A stretch of 64,000 nt of DNA from a virus (taxonomy: Duplodnaviria > Caudoviricetes). This document shows positions 51,031 to 63,300 of the stretch, in pieces (position 1 is the first letter of the stretch; each line of letters starts with the position of its first letter). The translations under genes were made by a program, and so were the position numbers. The DNA lies in the IMG/VR virus record IMGVR_UViG_3300033074_001413, positions 1 through 64,000 of that record; one strand, 5' to 3'. The notes below the pieces were generated by a model that was not told the DNA's origin, did no database searches, and saw nothing but the letters and a program-made list of their open reading frames with translations.

Positions 51031-51276
51031 TCAGGCCCAAACCACGCTACTATTCTTGATGAAATAATGAGTTCCACATGGATTGAGTAGTGATGGGCTT
51101 AGGCTAACCAGACCGTTCTCTCTGGTCATCGTCCATCCATCAGACCCAAGTGGCGTCACTGCTTTAATCCCACACTTACAAGGGCACACATGAATGGCTA
51201 ATTGGAATCTTTCCGAGATGTACATAACATTGTCGGCCAGTTTATCCGGCATGAACTCTACGTCTTCTATCGTCAT
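51031..51276 (-). CDS. DUF6527-like small metal-binding protein
   Basis: YISERFQLAIHVCPCKCG...TPL...SLSPS...CGTHYFI...VVW. Confidence 0.7.
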   Translation of the reverse strand: MTIEDVEFMPDKLADNVMYISERFQLAIHVCPCKCGIKAVTPLGSDGWTMTRENGLVSLSPSLLNPCGTHYFIKNSSVVWA

Positions 51277-51325
51277 CTTGCCGCCAATGGGCCTCCTTTT
51301 CAATAACTAATTAATTCGTAGGCTT

Positions 51326-54300
51326 ATGGCTCTTTCATTCAATTTTGCTCCATACTTTGACGACTTTGATCCGGCCAAGCATTTCTATCGGGTAATCTTC
51401 CGGCCAGCCCAGGGTGTCCAGGTCCGTGAGCTTAACCAAATGCAGTCTATCCTGCAGGAGCAGGTGTCTAGATTCGGCGCTTACTTCTTCAAGCATGGCG
51501 CAATGGTTATCCCAGGACAGGTTGGGTTTGATGCGAAGTTGGCCTATGTCCGTCTCAAGAGCATATCACGGCCATTCGATCCACTCATTATTGGTAAACA
51601 GGTATTCGGATTGTCAAGTGGTCTGGTTGCAGAAATTCGTGCGTACACTCCAGCAACAGTGAACGATCCTGATACGATCTATGTCAAGTATCTCAACTCC
51701 AACGTAGCTGGAGATCTTACCTTCCAGGTTGGTGAGCAGCTTCTGTTAATCGATGCCGATACCAGTATCGCCAAAGCCGAAGCCGCCGCAGCGGAACTCG
51801 CTGCCGCCACTGTGCAGCTTAGCACTGGAGTTGGGTCAGTCAGTACTCTTGATCCAATCTGGCACGTAACTAGCCCGTTGGGTGGTGGCTCTCATGCCGC
51901 TACGATTATTGACTGGAATCCATACTGGCGCGTACCTAGCGAAGGATATAACTGGATCTCGGCGAGCGGTGCTACTCAGAGTATGCCGCTTGGTGATTAC
52001 ACCTACAACACCGGGTTCAGCATTGATAACGGTTCGACCAGCGCAATATTCGAATACACCATCGCAGCGGATGATCTCGTTAAGTCGTTCACACTTACTG
52101 GTCCTGGTGGATACGTTGCGACGAAGGACTACTCTGCTCTAAACCTGCGTGGTGGTCTAGCCGACATGATCGACAACTTACCGGGTGACGGTAGTTATGG
52201 ACTGACCATCGTTGTCGAAAATCAAGCGAGCGCATACAGTGGTCTTCAACTAAGCACTGGTCAGGGAGCAGTTGGTAGTCTAGACACTCTCTGGCAGGTG
52301 AAGGCACCAAACAGAGCAAGACGTGGTGCTGCCCTGATTATCGATCCAATGGCTCACTGGTTCACTCCACCATCTGGTGCGAAGTGGATTGGTAGCGTGG
52401 CTGACCAGGATGTTGTCGGTGTCTATGAGTATTCCGCACAGTTCAATGTCGACACTGGAACCAACTCCAGCACGTTCACCTACTCAATAGGCGCTGATAA
52501 TCGTGTGAAACAGTTGGTATTGACTGGCCCACAGGGTTTCAAGTCAACCAAGACTTATTCCGGCCAGCACTTCGGCGATGGGAACCATGGCACGTGGGGT
52601 GAGATGGTTGAGGACTCCATCAAGGGTATGCCTGATGGCGACTACACCCTGACCGTACAAGTTGAAAATACTGAGACAGTAGTCACCGATCAAACGCCAG
52701 TCGATGCCAGCACCGGGACTGGTAGCTGGACCGTATTGACTCCTGGCTCCGGGACATTCGTTGCAGCCAACGTTATTACCAAGGATCCACTCTGGATCGA
52801 CGTGGCTGGTGCTGAATGGGTCGGTGCAAGTTCCAATGCAGTCACACAGGGTATCTACACGTTCAAGCGCGACGTCACAATCAACGCCAGCGCCAATAAT
52901 GGTGTGTTCAATTACACCATCGCTGCTGATAATAGCATTAGAAAGATCACCCTAACTGGTCCTGACGGGTATATCGCCACACGCGACTACACAGAGCAGG
53001 ATAGATATAGCGAAGCCATTACAGACAGTTTCTATGAGCTACCGGGTGATGGTACCTACACAATCACGGTGGATGTAAAGAATCTGCCTGTACCAACTCG
53101 CATCCAGACTGAGTCAACAGTAATGTTGAACACCGGGTTTGGTGTGATCGGATCGAATGATAACCGCTGGACTGTAAAGGTTCCTGGTAGTGGATCATTC
53201 GTGCCAGCACACGTGATTGCTCGTGACGCTAGCTGGATGGTTGAGGGAGTGAACCAGCACTGGATCTCCGCTGGTACATCCAGTGCTGATGCTGTTCCGG
53301 CTGGAACGTACACGTTCAAGACCGAGTTCGAATTTGCATCCGGATCAGACTCCGGAGTCCTGAACTTCACTGTCGCGGCCAACGATGCTATCCGGACAGT
53401 AAAGCTGGAAGGTCCAAGCAGCTACTCCAGCACCAAGACATATTCAGATCTAAGCAACTACCATAATGGGGAGACCATCGCTGACATATTCGATGATCTT
53501 CCTGGAGATGGCAGCTATACTCTCACCATCACGGTAGAGAATAATGCTGGACCAGCGGTCCGTGTCAACCTTCCGACCATATCATTGAACAGTGGCTCTG
53601 GAATAGTTGGTTCTACTGACACTAAATGGACAGTGAAGCGTCCATTTAGTGGAACGTGGGACCCGGTATATGCAGTCGGTGGTGGTGCTGGTTGGTTCTC
53701 TGCCCCTGCCGGATCGCACTGGGTGTCACCGGATCATGATAACAACGCTCTTGCGAAAGGTGTATATGAGTACGCCACTACATTCAATATTACTGGTGGG
53801 GCAGACTTAGCCACACTCACACTCGACATTGGTGCTGATAATATCCTGAAGGATCTTGTACTAACTGGTCCTGGTGGATATTCAGTTACGCGCACATACG
53901 GAACAGACGACCGCACTGTTGCACCACTTCATGAGTCTATAACCAACCTTCCTGGAGATGGTACTTACTGGCTGAAGATTAAAGTAGAGAACTATCCGGT
54001 TCCACAAAGAGTCCAGACTGAAAGTGCCCAATCCATTGTGACCGGACAGGGTGGTGGAACACCTGGGACAGCTGACCGTCGGTGGACTGTTTTGAATCCA
54101 GATGCACCATCAGCGATACCAGCACCATTGGCCTCTCACCCGAACTGGTTTGCTCCAGATGCTGGTACATCCTGGATCGGATATACGGCTGGCGCAAACG
54201 CGGCACTACCACTCGATGTCGTCATCCTTTGCGATACCACTGGTAGCATGGGAGCCACCATACAACAGATTAAAACAAACATCGACTCTATCGTCGATGA

Positions 54301-57300
54301 TGTGTTTAATCAGAGTGATAACGCTAAAATCGCTATCGCACAATATAGAGACTGGGGCGACTCGTTTGTTTATGCTGTGCCGACCCCTCTATCAGACAAT
54401 AAGACTGTTATTCACGCGGCGGTCCAGGGGCTTGTTGGTGGAGAAGGTGCTGATACACCAGAATCTAACCTATACGCACTTAAGCAAGTAGCTGACACTA
54501 TGAACTGGCGTGCTGGATCGATGCGCCTTATATTCTGGTTCGGTGACTCTAGCGGCCACAGTCCGTCGCCTGACGCGTCTCAGGCATATGTCCCTGGTAC
54601 ATCTGGCGTCACACCAGTCACGCTAGACGCTGCTGCTAACGCCCTAACCGCCAAAGGCATTAAGGTCTATGCCACGAACGTAAATGGGTTAAATGGTGGT
54701 GGTGATGGCCTTAACGCAACAGGGCAGGCCCAATTCTTTGCTACCGCCACTGGCGGCGCTTACTTCAACGCTTTAAGCGGAAGTGAAATCGCCAGTATAA
54801 TCACCGACACCATTGCTGGATTGGTCCAAAATGGTGGAGCACCTGCTGGTGACTATACATTCTCTACCACGTTCTCAATCCGGACTGGTTCCGATTCTGC
54901 ATCCTTTGTTTATAGCCTGGGATCAGACAACTCCTGTCTATCGGTGACAGTAACTGGCCCTAGTGGGTTCCACGCGTCTAGATCACACCTTGGTGATCAC
55001 TTCTTGGAAGCCCAACGCAATGACGTTCGCAATCAGACCTTTACTGGTCTGCCTGGAGATGGTGATTACACAATCACTGTCGTAGTCAACAACGCCTATG
55101 TGCCAACCGGAAACGCTGTCGGCCTATGGTTCAGCGCGGTTGTTACTCCTGCGATTGTGAGTGACAATATATCAACACAGACCGGGCTATTGGTAGCCAA
55201 CGCCACAGTATCACCGAGCAAGTGGAACTATGACATCCCATCGTCCATAGGACTTCTGGTCAGCGCCAGCGCAGTACCAAGTATCCTTGATCCGAACCAT
55301 CCAACGTCAAGTGGTCTAGCAATGTCGGCGGTCTTTGTGCCACGCGTCATTGACCCACCACCAGGATCTGGATTCATGCTGAAGGGATCGGTAGCTCCTG
55401 GTACTCCAACCGGACTCCTGTTGGATAATGCGAGAGTCATTCCAAATGTCGCATCGACGTGGACCGTTGATATCAACGACCCACTTGGGTTGACAGTATC
55501 TGCTGGTATCGAACAGGGAGTGTACTTCTATAATGGGTTGTTCGTGAGCGTCGACAAGCAGTTACTGCTGCTCAACAAATACAACAATCTGTTCACTGGT
55601 ACGGTCGGTCTCAAAGTAGTTGAGAGTATCATTACCGAAGATGATGACATCAGCTTGCTTGAGCCAGAGCAAACATCACCGAACTATACCGCTCCTGGAG
55701 CACACCGCTACAAGGTGGAGATGTTCCTTGAAGCCCGTGACTACGACAACCCAGTAACGTCAGATTTCATTGAGTTGTTGAAGCTGACCGATTCTGCTGT
55801 AGTCACCCAGGTGACCAAGACAGATTATGATATCATTCATCAGACTCTGGCCCGTAGGACCAAGGACCAGTGGGGCGACTACGCCAAGACACAATTCGGC
55901 ATAGATGTTCGTGAACATCTTGACACCTCATGGGTGGCTGCTGGTACTGCGCAAGCAGGTGCCTCGGAGACATTTACTCCACCAGTTCCGGCAAACATCA
56001 CCCTAGCCTTCTTGTCCTCCAATGTGGATAACTTCTACCAAGGATTTACCATCCACTTGAAGACTGGAGTGGGCGGCGGTCAGACAAGAACGATCACATC
56101 CTACAACGGCGCTAGCAAGATTGCCTACGTCGACAAGAACTGGGATGTATACAAGACACCGGACAACACCACAGAATACACCATCAACGACCCAAGCAAA
56201 TCCAACCGTGGAATATTCTCTCCAGCGGATGGTGGGTCCGAATCTAAACTGGCAGTCGGTATCGAAGCTGGTAAAGCATATGTGAATGGTTATGAGGTTA
56301 ATAATCAACACACAACCTACATCCCTATCGATAAAGCCAGATCTACAGAGACCCATGAAGGATCAACGTTCGCCGAGTACGGTTCTTATCTATTCGTGAA
56401 GAATCTGCATGCAATGCCAGTTCCGTCTCTAACTCAGGGACGTGACTATCTGCAGATCTCCATAATGGGAACCAAGGCCACTGGCACCTATTCCGCCAAT
56501 GACGAAATTGGTACAGCACGCGTACGCGACATTGAATTTGCCTTCGGTCCTAACCCGAACGACTCCAACGCGGTGTTCCGCATCTATCTGCAAGACATCG
56601 CAATGAAGGCCGGATACGACATCGACTTTGCGAGATCGTTCTTCCTGACCAGCGGAACCAACAATCAGAACGGGTTGAATGCCTGGGGTGATATCGTCAC
56701 GGTATTCGACATGGCCAACGTTGTTGGTCAAGGATTCGTTGCTGGTAACGACATCACTGGTCCAAACGGGATTGGTACTGAGGTGGTGGTATTGTGGGAT
56801 TCCCTTAACGGAGTGGTGTTCACTGAACCGAAATCCGGAAACCCGCAGCAGATCACATCGCTTGGTCCGGTAAGTGCTACCGGGTCATCGACGGCCAATA
56901 TCTCCACCAGAACACAACTGTTCGATGGATCGCTGTTCATGAACGTCTGGCCACTAGGTCGGACGGTAGTAAACTCGCTCCATCCGGGTGCTAAACTGAC
57001 AGCGCAGCCAACTGCCGTCACTAATAACACCCTTCGGTTCCCATCAAGCGCCTCGAACGCTAACGACTTCTACATCAACAATAATGTGCGCATTATCTCT
57101 GGTCCTGGCGTGGGTCAGATGCGCACCATCACTGATTACGTCGGTTCAACCAGAACGGCCACGTTCGACTCCGCATGGGACGTCGGTAATCTGCCAACCA
57201 CCTCCAGTATATTCGTATGCATGGAGCCAACCATAGTCAACTATCACGCACGTAAGGTGATACAGGCTACTGGTGTAAACGGCACATTTACTTTCAGTTC

Positions 57301-60300
57301 CACCGATCCGTTCGTACATCCGTTCAATGCATACGACTTTATGGCGGTGTGTATCGCCAAGGGTGGTGGTAGCCCATCATTCAATGTCGGAGAGGTGATT
57401 GACCTCGGTCTGTATGCACCGGAATATCCGGTTACCAATCCGCAGTGGACACAGTTCGCCGTCCAGATTGGTAGCAGTACCGACACACTCCGGTTGGTGG
57501 CCACTGTCAACAAGACAGCACAGAACGAGAAGTACAAAGTATGGACTCCATATTCGGTAGGTGATACTACCACCTGGATGCCATACACCAGTGGCACGGG
57601 CGCTGGTGTGCTAGCCAACGAGATCGGCCTTGAAGTGGCTGACGTCCGCGACTTCAGAGTGTACCAAGGTGTGAAGACATGGGAGATCCCATTCAACGCT
57701 TACACTAACACGTTCACTCCTGGCATGCAGGTAGTTGGTGTTACCAGTGGTGCACGCGGTCAGGTATTAGACTTTGACACCATCGGTGAGATACTCACTC
57801 TCACTTCGGTGAGCGGTACATTCCTTGATGCCGAAACAATTGAGTGCATGTCTGATCAGACCATCACCGCTAATACCGATGGTCCGTTCACCGTTGTCTA
57901 TGCCACGCCTGATCTCAATTCCGATCCGGTCAACTATGTGGAAGTCACTGACAACTACTCGTTAGACGACGGTCAGAGAGACACACATTATCAACTTGCT
58001 AAGATTATTCGGAAGCCTGGATATCCAGTTCCTCCGTCCGACACCAATCTACTCATCACCTGGGACTACTTCAAGCATGTTGGTACTGGTGACTTCTTCA
58101 GTGTGGATTCCTATCTCGGACAGGTCGCATATCAGGACATCCCAGTCTATGAGAACTCACTTGGCCGTTCATACCCACTACGTGACAGTCTGGACTTCCG
58201 TCCTACCATCAGTTCGAATGGGTTGAATTTTCATGCTGCTGGTAGCGTGTGGTCCGACCCATTGCTAGTCGGCGATCAAATCACTTATTCCTCTGTCTAC
58301 TATCTGGACAGAATTGACAAGATCTTCCTCGCGGAGGACGGCACGTTCAAAGTTAACCGTGGTACTTCATCGTTGACTCCGGTGCCACCAGAGAACATTC
58401 CTAACACAATGCTTCTCTACACGCTGCATCTCGATGCCTATACAATGGGACCGAAGGCAGTCAAGGCTAAAATGACCGATAATCGCGGATACACAATGCG
58501 CGACATCGGTAAACTCGAAAAGCGCATTGAGAATCTTGAGTATTACACACAGCTTAATCTGCTCGAGCAGGACACAGCCAAACATCAGGTCAGAGACACT
58601 AAAACCGGACTGGATCGCTACAAGAACGGATTCGTGGTTGATAATTTCAAGAGCCACGGAACTGGGAATGTGTGGGATGTAGACTACAACTGCGCCGTCG
58701 ATAATGCGGTTGGTGAACTTCGCCCACAATACTATCAGGACAATGTCGGTATCGAATATGTGAGTGATCAGTCGACGGGAGTCATCAGAGTGGGCACCAC
58801 TCTCCCAGGCGACATCCTGATGCTGCCATACTCGCACGAGGCAGTGGTCAGTCAGCCACTCAGTACCAGAGTAGAGAATGTTAATCCATTCACCAACTTT
58901 GGATGGGGTGGTAGTCTCGAACTAATCCCACCATCTGATGAATGGCGCGACACCGCTCGTCGTCCAGATGTTCTGGTCAACGACGATAATGCTATGCGCT
59001 ACATCAACAGACCACTTGGTGTGGTTTGGAATGAGTGGCAGACTAACTGGACTGGTGAGTGGTCCGACACCAGCGCTCGTACGATTAATTCATCTTCGAC
59101 TTCGACGCGTAGCTCTGATGACGTCATCACCAATACGACGAATACGACCACGGAAGTAACGCAAACCCGTGACGTGCAGCAGTCTAGATCTGGGACCCGC
59201 ACTACAGTTGTTCCACAGACAGTGCGCGTGGATACCGTAGACCGTGTTGTGAACGTGGAGACAATTCCGTTCATTAGATCTCGCGTAGTTCAGTTCATCG
59301 GCAAGAGGATGAAACCAAAGACGCGTGTCTACCCATACTTCGATGGTAGATTCGTGGGACAGTGGGTTAGACCAACCCGCGTTCCTGGGTTGACCCCATA
59401 CATTATCCCATTCGACGAAGCACCAATTCAGGCCGACAACAACGCGCTTGGACTAACAAGCGACACGTCGACTCCAAGTGAAACGTTGGCTGCTGGCTCT
59501 ACCGATATCACCAATATCAACACTGGTGCGCCACTTGTCAGACCGACTGGTAACCCTGGACCAAGCGGGGAAGCTACGACCAACGCGTCGTCTTCGGATA
59601 GAACTACTCCTCCAACAACCACTGGAGCAGACCTTACTTCCGGTCGCATGGTTCCAAATGATACCATAGACAGGTTGCGAGTGGTGGCTCCTGGTGTATG
59701 GAGTCTTCCGGCCACATTCATACAGAACAACATTGATATCGGCAAGACCCTTGGTGGGGCTGCTCAACCTACGCTTCACCCGTTCACGCCAATGCCATTG
59801 GTGGTCCCAACCATCACGGCACGCGACATCAACGTGACGGCGATCCGTGACGCACATACCGAACTAACTGGTCGGACAGACCGTGAATGGAGTCTGCCAA
59901 CACCAGCTATGACCGTAGCTGGAACGGCAATCACGCCGACAGTGACATTCAGACCATCTCCGGACTGCGTGGTAGTTAAAGTATCTGGCGACAGTCAAGC
60001 AATAATGGCAAGCCAGACATTCCCACAACCACTGGTTGTACAGGTCAACCGCAGTGGAATTCCAGTGTCTGGTGCTACAGTGCAATGGAAAGTCACTGGG
60101 CCAGCAATAGTTTCGGGACTAGGGACACGTGAAGGCGTAGTAGCGACGGATGCCGTTGGTAGAGCGCAGGTGACTGTTACTGCCAGCGATGCTCCTGGGG
60201 CTATAGTGGTCACCGCCGACATCGGCGGAACGCCAATCCAGTTCAATCTATCAACCACGTTCAACACTAACCGGGTTACCGGAGCAGTGGCAACTGGTCC

Positions 60301-63300
60301 AGCCATCATCCCAACCGGAGCGTTTGTTGGAGGTGGTGCACCAACTACCGTGGTAATGGGTACAGAGACGACCATTGATGGCGTCAATCCAGCTACGACA
60401 CTATTCAGAACCAACACTACTGGCGGAGACCGTGGAGTAGCTCCTATCGCACCGACACCTCCAACGGTGGCAAGTGATCTGTTGTCCATTCAGACCTCTC
60501 TACAGAAGATTTTAGAGGCGTATGGGAAGGATCCAACGGCGTTGCTTGGTGCTGGACACCAAGTGGGCGTTCCATACTACGTCAGTGAGTTAGGCAAGAA
60601 TTACACAGTGGTAGGATACACTTCAACGTGGCAACCGATTGTTATTGTCCCACGTTCGGATGCTAGCAAATATGCTACTGATGTATACTCTATCAGTCTA
60701 TCCACTGGCGCTCTAGCCTATATCGTCAACGACGAAGGATACGCAATATTCAAGCAGCAGCAAAGTGGCACCGCCATGATGATGCCTGGAGTGCAGATCA
60801 CATGGCTTGGTGGTACAACCGGACGCAACGACACGCTAGTGCGCATATTCCAGCCAGGGGCGGCTACAACAGTAACAACTGGTGTGGTGGCCACTGCGTC
60901 TACGGCACTAACGTCGAATCAACTCAACGATGCCCGCGCCGTCATCATGGCCAACCCAGGTATTCTACTTCAGATTTCTGGGCTAACCAATGAGGAACAA
61001 CATGTTAGCTCGGTCACGGAGATCAACAATCTCCTGGTCGCCAAGCCAGAGGTAGCAAGCGCTGTACTGTCAGGCAGGACTGATACATCCACAAGCAGCA
61101 TCACGACGTCAGTTCAGAGTGGCTCCGCCAGATTCCAAATGCTGGATGACCCAATCAGAATTGATCCGGCCACTTACAGCCTCAGCCAGTCCACTCTGGC
61201 TCCAACGGCAACCATTCCGACAGGTACGGCGTTCGGTAATGAACCGAAATATGGCGACCCTCTCTACACCAACGGGGTTGGTACAGTAACTGGGGAATTC
61301 TGGATTCCTAACACAGATGCTATCCACTTCCGTGTTGGTCGGAGATTGTTCCGCCTCACCAGTAGCCCGAATAACAACAAGAACGCTGAGACGTGGGCTG
61401 ACGCCGTGTACTCAGCGCAGGGTACGCTATACACCAATCAGCGGACAGTAACTAGCATTCGTGAGCCACACTACGTCGTCGAGAACCTGTACGACTCCGC
61501 AAGCTATACCGAGACACAAACCGACCTTCGATTCGAGTCACAGTCCTGGGATGAACCAGCTCCTCAACCAATCGAGCCTCCAGCACCAGTCGTTATTGAC
61601 CATAATCCGACTCCTGTGATTACGGAAGCGACCAGGACCACGACGGAAGCAACTAGAACTACTACAGAGGTAGCTCCGCCAGCAACCGAGCCAGAGCCTC
61701 CGGTGTTTGAGCCACCAATAGAAGAGCCACCTCCACCAGCGCCAGACCCACCACCTCCAGTGGTGTTGAGTGTGACGACCACAACCACGTCCACGTCAAC
61801 TTGGTTCGACCCATTAGCTGAGACATTCCTGGTGGACACCAAGGGTGGGTACTTCCTGTCGAAGATTGACTTGTTCTTCGCGAGTATCGATCCACGCATG
61901 CCAGTGACCGTCCAAATCAGAACGACCGTAAACGGGTACCCAAGCAAGAAGGTTCTACCGTTCGCCGAGAAGACCATGTACCCAGAGACCGGGGCGATCA
62001 AGGTGAGCGATGATGGTAGCATTCCGACCACATTCGAGTTCCCAGTTCCAGTATATCTGGAAGAGAACCAGGAATACGCCTTCGTGGTGATGGCCAACAC
62101 CAACAACTACCTGCTGCACACAGCAAGAATGGGTGAACGAGCGTTCACAACTGGTGCGGTTGTCAATCAGCAACCATACGCTGGTGTTATGTTCAAGAGC
62201 CAGAATGCCAGTACCTGGAGTGCTGACCAACTCGAAGATATAAAGTTCACGATATACAGAGCCAAATTCGATGTATCGTCCCAGGCCACAGTATACTTCC
62301 GCAATAAGGATCTCGATACTGTAGTGCTTGGAAACAACCCATTCCATACCGCACAAGGTAGCGACATCGTTCGTGTCCTACACAGCGATAATGGAATGGT
62401 CCGCAGCAATGACAAAGGAAGCGTCGTTACCATCGGGCATGTCCAGGATGCTCCTATCAACGGAATCCCGGCTGCGGCCTTGGTCGGCGACTTCACGGTG
62501 GAGTCCGTTGATCTGGACGCCTACACCATCAAGGCCAATCTAGCGGGAGATTTCGACAAGGCAACCATTAGCAATGGTATATCCGGTCCATCGTTGGTAG
62601 AGGTCAGCAGGGAGTTCCAATACAACCTGATGCACCCAACGTTCGGTACCATGATTATGCCTGGAACCGGAATAAGCTGGTTCGCACGCACCATTAGCGG
62701 TAAGGCAGTTCATAACAATGAGCTGGCCACACAAACACCATTCCAGAAGAGTGATTTCGTGGCCATTGTGCCGAACACCAACATTGAGTATAGCGTTCCA
62801 CAAATGATCGCTACTACCAAGACAGAGACACTGAATGTGGTTGGCAACAGTCCGTTCGATAGAAGATCACTTCTATTCCGTGCCGTGATGTTCACCACAC
62901 AGGACAACTTGACACCAATGGTTGACCTGCAGAGAATGAGCGCAATTGTTGTCCACAACAGGTTGGATGATCCAAACTTCAACAACCAAACGTTACCACT
63001 ACACGACAAGGGAGTGACATTTACCGCCACCTCCGATGAGTTCATTGAGTTCGGTGGATATGACCATCTGGAAGTAACCGGAGTAGCAGAGAGCGGTGGA
63101 GCTACCAGTATCAATATCGGTAGCCTCGGTGTAGAGATTGACGACTACTATGTGAACATGTCGGTGAAGGTGATTGCCGGAAGCGGCCAGGGTGAAGAGA
63201 AAATCATCACCGCTTACAGTGCACTAACTCGTGACGCCACAGTCGACAGTGCGTGGCACACCAACCCAGATAGCACATCCCAGTTTGAAATCTGGAGAGG

